DNA of 64,000 nt from an uncultured Selenomonadales bacterium (GCA_900314765.1 OMWN01000010.1:2854-66853), one strand, 5' to 3'; positions 1 to 9,965 are shown, counted from the stretch's first letter. Made by a program: numbers and translations. Notes: a model not told the origin generated them from the letters alone.

Positions 1-1
1 C

Positions 2-205
2 CTTGCACTCGGCAAGGCGTACCCAACATGCCTCGAGGGCGGTGCAGACATGACGGATGATGAGCTTTTGGCGCATGGCGTCAATGATTCACTCGTGCAT
101 GAGGACTTCATGGTCGGCTCGCGCGAACTCAGCATCGACGGCACGACAAAAGACGGCAAGACCGTGCCCGTATTCAGGCATGGCAATTTTGTCGATTTTG
201 GTTAA
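2..205 (+). CDS. M29-family aminopeptidase (PepS/AmpS-like), C-terminal fragment; 5' end lies outside the window
   Basis: The frame-2 translation LALGKAYPTCLEGGADMTDDELLAHGVNDSLVHEDFMVGSRELSIDG...FRHGNFVDFG* resembles the conserved C-terminus of aminopeptidase T/S enzymes. The ORF is open to the window edge, with TAA at 203-205. Confidence 0.7.
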   Translation, partial: LALGKAYPTCLEGGADMTDDELLAHGVNDSLVHEDFMVGSRELSIDGTTKDGKTVPVFRHGNFVDFG

Positions 206-220
206 TAGTAAATGGCATAG

Positions 221-260
221 AAAAACGGCAGTCACTCGAAAATGAGCGACTGCCGTTTTT
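221..260. terminator. Bidirectional intrinsic terminator between convergent genes
   Basis: ACGGCAGTCaCTC (225-237) pairs with GAGcGACTGCCGT (244-256). It is flanked by an A-run on the 5' side and TTTTT on the 3' side. Confidence 0.8.
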
Positions 261-278
261 GCTGTTTCAATTTTCAAT

Positions 279-1529
279 TCACTTTTTCATTGTAGCGGCG
301 ATGGCGGCACCGATGAGCGATGCGTCGTCAATCGTCACGATGTCTGGCCGCATGTTGAGCGGTTCATCCTTCAAAAGTTCGGTCATCGTGTCGTGAACGG
401 TATTTTGTATGAGCGGAACTTTTTTATAGAGCGAGCCATCGACGGCGATGTGCTGGGGGATGTTGGCGTCTTGGTGCCAAAGTGTGCCGCAGAATATGGC
501 GGCGGCGAGCGCCGCTGAGCGGCGCAGCACAGCCTCCGCGAGATGCATGGCCGCGTCCTGAGAAGCCTCGTCTGTGTCGTCGCCGAGTATGTCGGTCAAT
601 ATCTTTTTGCCTGCATCATTGCCATCGTATATGGCGGCGACGTCGCTGCTCGTCATATTCGGCAGGTCGTCTCGCCTCGTGATGTCGGCAAGCGCGAGAC
701 GCATGAGTTCGCCGATGTAGCGTCCCGAGACCATTTTCTCGAGCTTTTGCTCGTCAGCCCTGTCTGTCTCGTCCTCGAGATGCTGATCGTAGTAGTTCGT
801 GATGACTTTCGTGAAGCCGCCCGCGTTCATGTCGAGTATATCGGCGCGTTCTTTGCCGCCAAACCTTTCGAGATAGCTGACATTGAATCCCGTCGAATAT
901 ATGGAGCTCATGAACGTGTCGCCCACGGTATAGGCCGAGGCGAGAAGCGTTGCGACGGTGTCGTTGATGATTGCGACGGGCTTTATGTTTGATGCGCCAA
1001 TTTTTTCAAGCGATGATGCTAAAAGAGCATTGACTTTTTGCCCCTCGACGCCCTTCACGGCGAATTCCTTTGTCCAGTATTGGAGTATGGCGTCGCCGTC
1101 ATCCGTTGGTTTTGATGGAAATGAAAATGTGTGGCCGAGCATCATCGGTGTCGTGTGGTCATGTCCTGCGGCGTCATCGACGAGCGCGGCGATGAAGTCA
1201 AAAAGCTCGCTGGCTGTCGTGCTTGCACCCGTCAGATTGCCGAGCGGCTTATCTTTTTTCGATACGACAGTTGCCTTGCCATTCGCGAGGCGCACACGCG
1301 CGGCGCGCAGATTCGAGCCGCCGAAATCGAGCGCGAGAAAATCACCCTGTTCGTTGCCACTGGGGAGTCCCACATGCGAGGGGAGCAGATTGAGCGACGT
1401 GCGTTCATCATTTTTGAGCGCGAGCCCGATGTCGTATCGGAGCGCGGCCGCCGTCATCTCGATGTCATCGCGCGAAAGCGTGAATGCTTTTATGGCAGCT
1501 TTTGATTTTTCATCGTCAAAATGAATCAT
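279..1529 (-). CDS. Hexokinase-family sugar kinase
   Basis: 416-aa ORF with LALDFGGSNLRAARV (ATP-binding phosphate-1-like motif) and GHTFSFPSKPT (hexokinase sugar-binding motif). AGGAG lies upstream of the ATG. Confidence 0.85.
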   Translation of the reverse strand: MIHFDDEKSKAAIKAFTLSRDDIEMTAAALRYDIGLALKNDERTSLNLLPSHVGLPSGNEQGDFLALDFGGSNLRAARVRLANGKATVVSKKDKPLGNLTGASTTASELFDFIAALVDDAAGHDHTTPMMLGHTFSFPSKPTDDGDAILQYWTKEFAVKGVEGQKVNALLASSLEKIGASNIKPVAIINDTVATLLASAYTVGDTFMSSIYSTGFNVSYLERFGGKERADILDMNAGGFTKVITNYYDQHLEDETDRADEQKLEKMVSGRYIGELMRLALADITRRDDLPNMTSSDVAAIYDGNDAGKKILTDILGDDTDEASQDAAMHLAEAVLRRSAALAAAIFCGTLWHQDANIPQHIAVDGSLYKKVPLIQNTVHDTMTELLKDEPLNMRPDIVTIDDASLIGAAIAATMKK

Positions 1530-1546
1530 GAAGCTTACATCTCCTG

Positions 1547-1930
1547 TTATTGTCTTTTTATGGCCTCATGGTCGGTGGGCAGTATCTCTATCCAGTAGCC
1601 ATCAGGGTCACTGATGAAATAAATCTCGTGCTCGGGGTACTCAGCGCAGATGCAGTTCATTTGGACATGCAAGAGATGTGCCGCTGCGAAATTGTCAACG
1701 GAAAACGCCAAGTGAAATTCGTTTTCACCAAGGTCGTACGGCGCCGTGCGGTCGTGCACATACGTGAGCTCGAGCTCGTGCTCGGACGACGCGTCGGAGA
1801 GATAGACGAGTGTCTTGCCGCGTATCTCGAGCCTGTGAGTCTCTCTGAGGCCGAGCGCCTCAGCGTAGAACGCGAGCGATTTGTCGAGGTCGAGCACGTG
1901 GATGTTGTTATGAACAAATGAGAAGTGCAT
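1547..1930 (-). CDS. VOC-family protein / glyoxalase I-like (lactoylglutathione lyase family)
   Basis: MHFSFVHNNIHVLDLDKSLAFYAEALGL is a typical glyoxalase/VOC N-terminus. I chose the internal ATG at 1930 because GGAGGA lies 8 nt upstream; the ORF track extends to 1951. Confidence 0.8.
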   Translation of the reverse strand: MHFSFVHNNIHVLDLDKSLAFYAEALGLRETHRLEIRGKTLVYLSDASSEHELELTYVHDRTAPYDLGENEFHLAFSVDNFAAAHLLHVQMNCICAEYPEHEIYFISDPDGYWIEILPTDHEAIKRQ

Positions 1931-1958
1931 AAAATTTCCTCCAGAATTCATAAATTAG

Positions 1959-3335
1959 TTATTTTTTCGTATCCGCATTTTTAGCCTGTGGCTTCTTTGA
2001 GGCAGTTTCCTTGATTTCATCGTGCGGCTCCGTGAGCTCATGGCCGAGGCGCACGAGCACGCGCGTGATGCGGACATTTGCCATTTCTTCGACGATGAAC
2101 ATGCTGTCGCCGGCAGTCGCGTGCTGCCCGATGCGCGGGGGTGCGTCGACTTGCGCGTAGAGCCAGCCGCCGATTGTGTCTATGTTGTCAGACTCTATGT
2201 GCATTTCGAGGATGTCATTCACGTCGTCGAGCGTGAGGCGGGCATCCAGTGAGTATGTATTGGCGCCGCGATGCTCTATGCTCGGGCGCTCCTGATCGAA
2301 CTCGTCCTGTATGTCGCCGACGATTTCCTCGACGACGTCCTCTATCGTTGCCATGCCCGCTGTGCCGCCGTATTCATCGACGACGATGGCGAGCTGCGCC
2401 TTTTTCTGCTGCATCGTCGATAAGAGCCGTGATACGGGCATCGCCTCGGGCACGACGAGCGCACGGCGCGCGAGCGAGTTGAGGTCGGGCTTTTCGCCTT
2501 CGCAGAGCGGGGAGAGCAAATCTTTTATATGAAGAAACCCGATGATGTCATCCTTGTCCTCGCGGCATATAGGGTAGCGCGTCAGATGATGCTCGAGCGC
2601 CACGCGGATATTTTTCTCCATGCCGTCCTCGAGGTACAGGCAGACCATGTCCGTGCGTGGTGTCATGATGTCGCGCACCTCGAGGTCAGAGAAATCGAAG
2701 ACGTTGTCAACGAAGTCGTATTCCGTTTTGTCGATGAAGCCGTGCTTGCGGCTTTCGGCCATGAGGATGCGAATCTCATCCTCGCTGTGGGCGTCGCTTT
2801 GCTCTTTCACGACTTCGAAGCCCGCTGTGCGAATGACGAAATTAGCGACATGGTTCAGTATCCATACGAATGGGTACGTGATATGCTGAAAAAGCAGGAG
2901 CGGCGGCGAAATCCATAAGAGCACGGCGAGTGCCTTTTGAATGGCGACATTTTTCGGCGCGAGCTCGCCGAGGATGATGTGTCCAGCCGTGATGATGGAG
3001 AAGGCGACAGCGAATGAAATCGTGTCAACGGCGGAGCTCGTCACGCCGACGAGCGCGAACAGCGGGCGCAACACGGAGCCGAGGAATGGCTCGCCGACCC
3101 AGCCAAGGCCAAGCGAGACGAGCGTGATGCCGAGCTGTGTCACAGAGAGCGACACGTCCATGTTGTCGACGAGCTTCTGCGCGTACTTCGCACGCGTGTT
3201 TCCGTCCGCGATGAGCTCCGCGAGCTGCGACGGGCGGACTTTTACGATGGTGAATTCAGCCGCGACGAAAAAGCCGTTCAGCGCAATCAGCACGATGATG
3301 AGCAATGAATTGAGCGCGATGGTGAAAGCGTCCAA
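1959..3335 (-). CDS. CNNM/TlyC-family membrane protein (DUF21 + CBS pair + CorC_HlyC domains), annotated generically as hemolysin family
   Basis: 458 aa with four N-terminal TM helices, a CBS-pair region and a C-terminal transporter-associated domain. It uses a TTG start with GGGAGGA 7 nt upstream. Confidence 0.85.
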   Translation of the reverse strand: MDAFTIALNSLLIIVLIALNGFFVAAEFTIVKVRPSQLAELIADGNTRAKYAQKLVDNMDVSLSVTQLGITLVSLGLGWVGEPFLGSVLRPLFALVGVTSSAVDTISFAVAFSIITAGHIILGELAPKNVAIQKALAVLLWISPPLLLFQHITYPFVWILNHVANFVIRTAGFEVVKEQSDAHSEDEIRILMAESRKHGFIDKTEYDFVDNVFDFSDLEVRDIMTPRTDMVCLYLEDGMEKNIRVALEHHLTRYPICREDKDDIIGFLHIKDLLSPLCEGEKPDLNSLARRALVVPEAMPVSRLLSTMQQKKAQLAIVVDEYGGTAGMATIEDVVEEIVGDIQDEFDQERPSIEHRGANTYSLDARLTLDDVNDILEMHIESDNIDTIGGWLYAQVDAPPRIGQHATAGDSMFIVEEMANVRITRVLVRLGHELTEPHDEIKETASKKPQAKNADTKK

Positions 3336-3426
3336 AAATAAATTCCTCCCATGAATTTCGTTAACAGAATATTGATAATCAATTATATCATACGAGTGAA
3401 TTTTTGTGTATGAATTGTATATAAAG

Positions 3427-3470
3427 AAGCCCTCATCTACATCATTACAGAATTCGATGAGGGCTTTTTC
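3427..3470 (-). terminator. Hairpin terminator downstream of topB
   Basis: AAGCCCTCATC (3427-3437) pairs with GATGAGGGCTT (3456-3466). U/A runs lie on both sides, directly after the topB stop at 3475. Confidence 0.65.
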
Positions 3471-3474
3471 GTAT

Positions 3475-5931
3475 TCATTTCAAAACGGGACTACCATTAT
3501 TGTCGTCGTATGTCGCTGTGCAGCGCGGGTAGTTTGTGCAGCCCCAGAAATATCCGTTGCGACCATTGATGCGGCGCAGATGACCTTCGCGGCAGTGCGG
3601 GCAGAGAATGTCACTCGCGCCTGTCGTTTTGTCGTTTGCGCGCGCGAGTTTCTCCATCGGCATGGCAGATGGTTGCTTTTTATATTGACCGCCGTGTCTG
3701 TACGTCGATTTTGATTCTGCCGCCTTGTAGCCAGACGATGATTGACCGCGGTATCGTGAATTATTATTCGTGTCTCTCGCGCGCATGGCCATGTAATCTT
3801 CGAATGAATTGATTTCGCGCGGATAGCTCTGAAAACTTTGGAAATCGGCGGCGTCCTGTGCACTCATCGTGAAGCTGTTGCCATTCGCGTTGGCTTTTCG
3901 CATCGCGAGCGCCATGTCGGGCTTGCCGTCGATGTCGTTCGTCGTGAGTCTGCAGCGTGGGAAATTTGTGCAGCCCCAGAAATCGCCTTTTTTGCCGTGA
4001 CGCTTCTCGAGCACGCCCTTGTGACAGCGCGGGCATTCGTAGCTGCTGGCCGCCGCCATTTTGACGTCCGTTGCTTTTTCGCACATCATCTTCGCGAATG
4101 TGATTTGTTCGCCTAAGAACGCGTCAATCGTGCCGTCTCCCTCCGCCATCGCGTGGAGCTTTTCTTCCCACACGGCTGTCTTGTCGGGGTATGTCATGTC
4201 GTCGGGCAGCACGTCGATGAGCATATCGGCAGCGGGCGTCGGCGAGAGATATTTCTTTTTGCCCGTCGTCGTCATGAATTTTCTTTTTATGAGGTCGTCG
4301 ATGATGGTCGCGCGCGTCGCTTCCGTGCCAATGCCATTTGTTTCGCGGAGCTTTTTCTTCAGTGTCTCGTCCTTGACGTATTTGTGTATCTCCTTCATGC
4401 CTTGCAGCAGTGTCGACGGCGTGAAGCGCGATGGCGGCTTTGTTTCCTTTTCGTCCATCGTCGTGTTTTCGAGCGTGACGCTGTCATTCTTTTTCATGAG
4501 CGGGAGCGTCGCGCTCGCGTCATCGTCGCTGTCGTTTTCGTCGTCATCGTTTTCATTTTTCGTTGCACGTTTCGCTGACGCGTACAGCGCTTTCCATCCC
4601 ATGTCGCGAACTGTGCGTCCGCTCGCCGTGAATTTTTCGTTCGCGAAATCGACGTCGATTTTCGTCTGGTCGTAAACGTGAACGGGATAAAATTGCGCGA
4701 GGTACGCCTGTGCGACGAGAAAATAAATGTTGCGCTCCATCGGCGTGAGCGACGCGAGATTCACGCGCACCGTCGTCGGTATGATGGCGTGATGCGCCGT
4801 GATTTTCTTGTCATTCCACGCGCGGCTCCTGATGGATTGGTCGGCGCCGTTTGCCCACTGGCTCAGCTGAGCGTCATCGATGCCTGTGAGATTTTGAAGA
4901 ATCGTCTTCGACGCGGGTATTTGATTTTTTGGCAGATATTCGCAGTCGGAGCGCGGGTAGCTTGTGAGCTTTTTCTCGTAGAGCTTCTGCGCGGTGTCGA
5001 GCACTTGTTGCGGCTCGTAGCCAAATCGTTTGCCCGCGAGCACTTGAAGCGTCGAGAGCGAAAATGGGAGGCGCTGTTGCTCCTGCTTTTTCTGTTTCGT
5101 GTACGATGATATGATGCCGCGCTCGCCGTTTGCAGCGGCGTCGGCCAGCGCCCTGAGTTTTTCCTCCGCGACGGCTTTGTCTATGAGCCTGCTCTCGGGG
5201 TCGATGCCACGCTCTGTTTCGCTCGGCTTCCACGTCGCGCGGAACGTGCCGTTTTCATGAGCAAAGTCTGCCTTTATGATGTAGTACGCGACAGGCTTGA
5301 AATTTTTTATTTCGCGCTCGCGGCGAACGACGAGTGCGAGCGTCGGCGTCTTGACTCTGCCGATGGGCAGCACGACTTTGTGGCCTGAGCGCCTCGCGGC
5401 GAGCGTGTACGCGCGTGAGAGATTCATGCCGATGAGCCAGTCCGCGCGCGAACGGGCGAGAGCTGACTCCTTCAGATGGACGAAGTCGTGGTTGTCGCGC
5501 AGGTCCGCATTCGCTTCCTTTATGCTCTTTTCGTCGAGTGCGTTCAAAAGAATGCGCAGCACAGGCTTCGTGTTGCCGACGTAGTCGAGCACTTCGTCTA
5601 TGAGCAGTTGTCCCTCGCGGTCAGGGTCGCCCGCGTTCACGATTTCGTCGGCCTTCGCTATGAGCCCCTTTATGATTTCAAATTGCTTTTTCGCGGCGGG
5701 GTCGACCATGAGCTGCCACTTCGCGGGCACGATGGGGAGGTCCTCGGCGCGCCATTTTTTGTATCGCTCGTCATAGTCCTGCGGCTCGAACTGACGCAGT
5801 ATGTGGCCAAATCCCCACGTCACGACGCCGCCCTTCGTCTCGATATATCCGTTGCCGCTTCGCGCTGGTCCGGGGAGACATTTCGCGATCTCTCGTCCCA
5901 TGCTCGGCTTCTCTGCAATATAAAGTCTCAA
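3475..5931 (-). CDS. topB: DNA topoisomerase III with two C-terminal C4 zinc-ribbon domains
   Basis: (M)RLYIAEKPSMGREIA is a Toprim start like E. coli TopB, followed by a type IA core. There are two CPxC...WGCTN(F/Y)PRC zinc ribbons. I prefer the TTG at 5931 because GGGAG lies 7 nt upstream; the ORF track starts at the GTG at 5940. Confidence 0.9.
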   Translation of the reverse strand: MRLYIAEKPSMGREIAKCLPGPARSGNGYIETKGGVVTWGFGHILRQFEPQDYDERYKKWRAEDLPIVPAKWQLMVDPAAKKQFEIIKGLIAKADEIVNAGDPDREGQLLIDEVLDYVGNTKPVLRILLNALDEKSIKEANADLRDNHDFVHLKESALARSRADWLIGMNLSRAYTLAARRSGHKVVLPIGRVKTPTLALVVRREREIKNFKPVAYYIIKADFAHENGTFRATWKPSETERGIDPESRLIDKAVAEEKLRALADAAANGERGIISSYTKQKKQEQQRLPFSLSTLQVLAGKRFGYEPQQVLDTAQKLYEKKLTSYPRSDCEYLPKNQIPASKTILQNLTGIDDAQLSQWANGADQSIRSRAWNDKKITAHHAIIPTTVRVNLASLTPMERNIYFLVAQAYLAQFYPVHVYDQTKIDVDFANEKFTASGRTVRDMGWKALYASAKRATKNENDDDENDSDDDASATLPLMKKNDSVTLENTTMDEKETKPPSRFTPSTLLQGMKEIHKYVKDETLKKKLRETNGIGTEATRATIIDDLIKRKFMTTTGKKKYLSPTPAADMLIDVLPDDMTYPDKTAVWEEKLHAMAEGDGTIDAFLGEQITFAKMMCEKATDVKMAAASSYECPRCHKGVLEKRHGKKGDFWGCTNFPRCRLTTNDIDGKPDMALAMRKANANGNSFTMSAQDAADFQSFQSYPREINSFEDYMAMRARDTNNNSRYRGQSSSGYKAAESKSTYRHGGQYKKQPSAMPMEKLARANDKTTGASDILCPHCREGHLRRINGRNGYFWGCTNYPRCTATYDDNNGSPVLK

Positions 5932-6011
5932 AATTTTCACTCCCGCAAAAATCTCTTCATTACATTTCTCTATGATAATTTATTCTCTGACGCTTCTTAT
6001 GTCAATATCGT

Positions 6012-6040
6012 TTGCAATCGATTATGAAATCGCATATAAT
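6012..6040 (+). promoter_or_regulatory. Sigma-70-type promoter for the SNF transporter/alr unit
   Basis: TTGCAA (6012-6017), 17-nt spacer, TATAAT (6035-6040). It is followed by the perfect 14-bp palindrome CTATGTTAACATAG (6046-6059). Confidence 0.6.
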
Positions 6041-6095
6041 CGTAACTATGTTAACATAGATTTGAAAAGATAAATTTGAAAGCGGTGTTGAATTG

Positions 6096-7466
6096 ATGGA
6101 AAGAGGAAGTTTTTCTTCCAGATTGGGATTCATTCTCGTGTCGGCAGGGTCAGCCATTGGCCTTGGAAATGTGTGGCGTTTTCCGTATATCACGGGCAAA
6201 TACGGCGGGGCGACGTTCGTCCTCATCTATATCATTTTCCTCGCCATCATGGGACTGCCCATCATGGTGACGGAGTTCTCGGTCGGGCGCGGCAGTGTCA
6301 GGAGCATAGCGATGTCGTTTGACGTGCTCGAGCCGAAGGGGACGAAGTGGCACATCTACAAATATTTTGGCATCGCCGGCAATTTTCTTTTGATGATGTT
6401 CTACACGACGGTGTCGGGCTGGATGATATACTATCTGTATAAAATGGTGACGGGCGGCTTCGATGGGCTCGATGTGAATGGCGTGGGTGCCGTGTTCGGA
6501 GGCATGCTCTCCGACCCTGTGACGATGGCTGGCAATATGATACTCGTCGTCGCCTCGTGTGCGGGCGTCTGCTACATCGGCGTGCAGTCCGGCGTCGAGC
6601 GCATCACGAAGTACATGATGATGTGCCTCATGATACTCATGCTAGTGCTTGCGGGCAATTCGCTTTTGCTCGATGGCTCGAGCGTCGGTCTCGAGTACTA
6701 TCTCTCGCCGAGCTGGGATAAATTCATGGAGTACGGTCCGCGCGAGGTCATCTTCGCGGCGATGGGTCAGGCGTTCTTCACGCTGTCGCTCGGCGTGGGC
6801 TCGCTCGCCATTTTCGGTAGCTACATCGGCAAGGAGAAGCGTCTCACGGGTGAGGCTATTTGGGTCATCGTGCTTGACACGTTCGTTGCGCTCACGGCGG
6901 GCCTCATCATTTTCCCTGCGTGCTTCGCGTACGGCGTGAACCCCGGCTCTGGGCCAAACCTGCTCTTCGTGACGTTGCCGAATGTTTTCAATCACATGGC
7001 GTTCGGCAGCCTGTGGGGCGCGCTTTTCTTCCTGTTCATGCTGTTCGCGGCACTTTCGACGGTCATTGCTGTCTTTGAGAATATCATTTGTTGCATCGTC
7101 GAGCTCACGCACAAGGACAGACGCACAATCATCAAGTGGGGCATTCCCGTCATGATATTGCTTTCGCTGCCGTGCGTGCTCGGCTTCAACGTTTGGAGCG
7201 GATTTCAACCGATGGGACCAGGGTCGATGGTGCTCGACCTTGAGGATTTCTTAATAAGCAATAATATTCTTCCGTGGGGCTGCATCACGTATCTCATGTT
7301 CTGCACGTACAAAAACGGCTGGGGCTGGAAAAATTTCATCACGGAGACGAACACGGGCTCGGGTCTCAAATTCCCTGAGTGGGTGCGTCCGTATATGAAA
7401 TATGTTCTGCCGTTGATTATTTTGGCGATTTTCATCAATGGCTACATCGCAATCTTAACGAAATAA
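6096..7466 (+). CDS. Sodium-dependent transporter, neurotransmitter:sodium symporter (SNF/NSS) family
   Basis: GLGNVWRFPY motif near the N-terminus and about 11-12 TM segments. Confidence 0.9.
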   Translation: MERGSFSSRLGFILVSAGSAIGLGNVWRFPYITGKYGGATFVLIYIIFLAIMGLPIMVTEFSVGRGSVRSIAMSFDVLEPKGTKWHIYKYFGIAGNFLLMMFYTTVSGWMIYYLYKMVTGGFDGLDVNGVGAVFGGMLSDPVTMAGNMILVVASCAGVCYIGVQSGVERITKYMMMCLMILMLVLAGNSLLLDGSSVGLEYYLSPSWDKFMEYGPREVIFAAMGQAFFTLSLGVGSLAIFGSYIGKEKRLTGEAIWVIVLDTFVALTAGLIIFPACFAYGVNPGSGPNLLFVTLPNVFNHMAFGSLWGALFFLFMLFAALSTVIAVFENIICCIVELTHKDRRTIIKWGIPVMILLSLPCVLGFNVWSGFQPMGPGSMVLDLEDFLISNNILPWGCITYLMFCTYKNGWGWKNFITETNTGSGLKFPEWVRPYMKYVLPLIILAIFINGYIAILTK

Positions 7467-7508
7467 ATGGAAACAAGATTGATATAAAAATTTTAAGAGG
7501 TGATTTCC

Positions 7509-8618
7509 ATGAGCAATCGTGGAGCGTGGGTGGAGGTCAGTCTCTCCGCCATCAGAAAAAATATTGAGGCCATCAAATCAAAAATAGCCGACGGGGCAAA
7601 GTTCTGCGCCGTCGTGAAGGCCGACGCGTACGGGCACGGCGCCATCGCAGTCGCGCGCGAGGCCGTGAATGCGGGCGCGGACTATCTCGCGGTCGCGACG
7701 CTTGACGAGGCGATAAAGCTACGTGAGGCAGGATTTTTGCTGCCGATTCTCATTCTCGGGCCGACGCAGTCCGTCGAGGCTGACGACGTCGTTCACTACG
7801 ATGTGACGCAGGCCGTATGCACGCGCGAGCTTTGCTATTCTCTTGCGGTCGCGGCGCGTCGCCAAGGGAAAAAGGCGCACGTTCATCTCGCCGTCGACAC
7901 AGGCATGTGTCGCATCGGTGTGAGACCAGAGGAAGCAGGCGCGATGGCAGAGTACATCAGTGGACTCGATGGCGTCGAGCTCACGGGCATGTTTTCGCAT
8001 TTTGCGCTCGCCGACGCGCGTGACAAGTTCGTCGCGAACAAGGCATTCGAGCGCTTCAAAAAGGCAATGAAAGATACGATGGCTCACGGCGTAAAGGTGC
8101 CCATCTGCCATATCGCAAATTCGGCGGCGATACTCGACATGCCGGAGACGCATCTCTCAATGGCGCGCGCGGGTGTCATACTCTATGGCCTCTGGCCGTC
8201 AGACGAGGTGAAGCGCGAGATAGAGCTCGTGCCGGCGATGAGCGTCAAGGCGCGTATCTCATACGTGAAGACGATACATCGCGATGAGAGCGTGAGCTAT
8301 GGCGCGGAGTTCACGGCGCCATACGACATGCGTGTCGCGACGATACCGATAGGCTACGCTGACGGCTACACGAGACTGTTCAATGGCAAGGCCGAGGTCA
8401 GCGTCAAGGGACAGCGCAAAAAAGTGCTTGGGCGCATCTGCATGGATCAGTGCATGGTCGATGTGTCGGACATCGATGATGTGAAGGTCGGCGACGTCGT
8501 GACGGTGATGGGTGAGGGCGGACCGTCGGCTGATGAGCTCGCATCGTGGATGGGCACGATCAATTATGAGATTGTCTGCATGTTCGCGAACAGATTGCCG
8601 CGAATTTACGTCGAGTAA
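7509..8618 (+). CDS. alr: Alanine racemase
   Basis: VVKADAYGHG PLP-lysine motif, a C-terminal beta-domain and typical length. AAGAGGTG lies upstream of the ATG at 7509. Confidence 0.93.
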   Translation: MSNRGAWVEVSLSAIRKNIEAIKSKIADGAKFCAVVKADAYGHGAIAVAREAVNAGADYLAVATLDEAIKLREAGFLLPILILGPTQSVEADDVVHYDVTQAVCTRELCYSLAVAARRQGKKAHVHLAVDTGMCRIGVRPEEAGAMAEYISGLDGVELTGMFSHFALADARDKFVANKAFERFKKAMKDTMAHGVKVPICHIANSAAILDMPETHLSMARAGVILYGLWPSDEVKREIELVPAMSVKARISYVKTIHRDESVSYGAEFTAPYDMRVATIPIGYADGYTRLFNGKAEVSVKGQRKKVLGRICMDQCMVDVSDIDDVKVGDVVTVMGEGGPSADELASWMGTINYEIVCMFANRLPRIYVE

Positions 8619-8717
8619 TGCAAAGAAAATTTAAAGTAAATAGTGATGAACGAACACGCTGAGATAATCATCGTCTGATAAAATATTTGATTCGTTTTGA
8701 GTGAGGGGGCAAGCATC

Positions 8718-9908
8718 GTGAATTTCATCTATATATCGCCGCAGTTTCCACGCACAAACTGGTATTTCTGCGAGAGGCTGAAACGAAACGGCGTGAATGT
8801 GCTCGGCATCGGCGACACGCCGTATGACGCCCTGCCGCAGGAAGTGCGTGACGCCGTGAATGAGTACTACTATCTCGACTCGCTCGAGGACTATGACAAG
8901 GTGTTTCGCGCGGTCGCGTTCTTCTCATTCAAGTATGGCAAGATTGATTGGATTGAGTCAAACAATGAGTATTGGCTCGAGCTCGACGCGAGGCTCAGGA
9001 GCGATTTCAATGTGACGACGGGCGTGAAGCTTCATGATGTGCGCGCCATCAAGAGCAAGGCGCTCATGAAGGCGCAGTATCGCGCGGCGGGCATACCGTC
9101 GGCGCGGCAAGAGCGTGTGCGCGACAAAGCGCAGTGCATGGCGTTCATCGCGCGCGTAGGATTCCCTGTCATCGTGAAGCCGGAGATTGGCGTTGGCGCG
9201 ACGGACACATGGCGGCTCAACAGCGAGAGCGACGTCGATGATTTTTTTGTCGAGAAGCCGGATGAGCCATACGTCATCGAGGAATTCGTCGACGGGAATA
9301 TTTACTCGTACGACGCCATCATCGACTCGAAGGGCGAGCCACTGTTCGAATCAACGACGGTGTGGCCGCCGTCTATCATGGACATCGTGATAGAGGGCCT
9401 TGACCTCGCTTATTACGTTTCGGCAGGCATGCCGGAGGAGCTCAGGCGATATGGCCGCGCGGCCGTGAAAGCGTTCCGCGCGGAGAGACGATTCGTTCAT
9501 CTCGAATTTTTCAGACTCAGCCGCGATCATGAAGGCCTCGGCAAAAAAGGTGCGTTCGTCGGGCTCGAGGTCAACATGCGCCCAGCGGGCGGCTATACGC
9601 CGGACATGATGAACTACGCGCACTCGATTGACGTCTATCAGATATGGGCAGACATGGTATCGTTCGATGAGCGTCGCGTGCCGCCCGCGAGCGAGGAGCA
9701 TTGCTGCGTGTATGCGGGCAGGCGAGACGGCGTCAGCTATTGTCACTCCGAGCAGGAAATCTTTGACCGCTACGGAGGCGACATCATGATGTGCGAGCGA
9801 TTGCCGGAGATGATGGTGCCGCAGATGGGCAGCAAGATGTACACGGCACGAGTAAGTGACGACGATGATGCGCATGAGTTCATCGATTTTGTTGAGACGC
9901 GCGCGTGA
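8718..9908 (+). CDS. ATP-grasp domain protein (orphan carboxylate-amine/thiol ligase), substrate unknown
   Basis: The central region FPVIVKPEIGVGATDTWRL...YVIEEFVDGNIYSYDAI...VGLEVNMRPAGG fits the ATP-grasp fold. I chose the GTG at 8718 because of a GAGGGGG RBS. There is no Ddl-type N-terminal signature. Confidence 0.75.
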   Translation: MNFIYISPQFPRTNWYFCERLKRNGVNVLGIGDTPYDALPQEVRDAVNEYYYLDSLEDYDKVFRAVAFFSFKYGKIDWIESNNEYWLELDARLRSDFNVTTGVKLHDVRAIKSKALMKAQYRAAGIPSARQERVRDKAQCMAFIARVGFPVIVKPEIGVGATDTWRLNSESDVDDFFVEKPDEPYVIEEFVDGNIYSYDAIIDSKGEPLFESTTVWPPSIMDIVIEGLDLAYYVSAGMPEELRRYGRAAVKAFRAERRFVHLEFFRLSRDHEGLGKKGAFVGLEVNMRPAGGYTPDMMNYAHSIDVYQIWADMVSFDERRVPPASEEHCCVYAGRRDGVSYCHSEQEIFDRYGGDIMMCERLPEMMVPQMGSKMYTARVSDDDDAHEFIDFVETRA

Positions 9909-9965
9909 CGCGCAAATGAAATATAAAAGGCGAGACCAAAATTCATGAGTCTGTAATATTACAGT

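Noticed and set aside
3475-5931. Topoisomerase III as a marker of an integrative conjugative element.
   Set aside because: No relaxase, coupling protein, integrase or type IV secretion genes lie nearby. The neighbours are ordinary metabolic and membrane genes.
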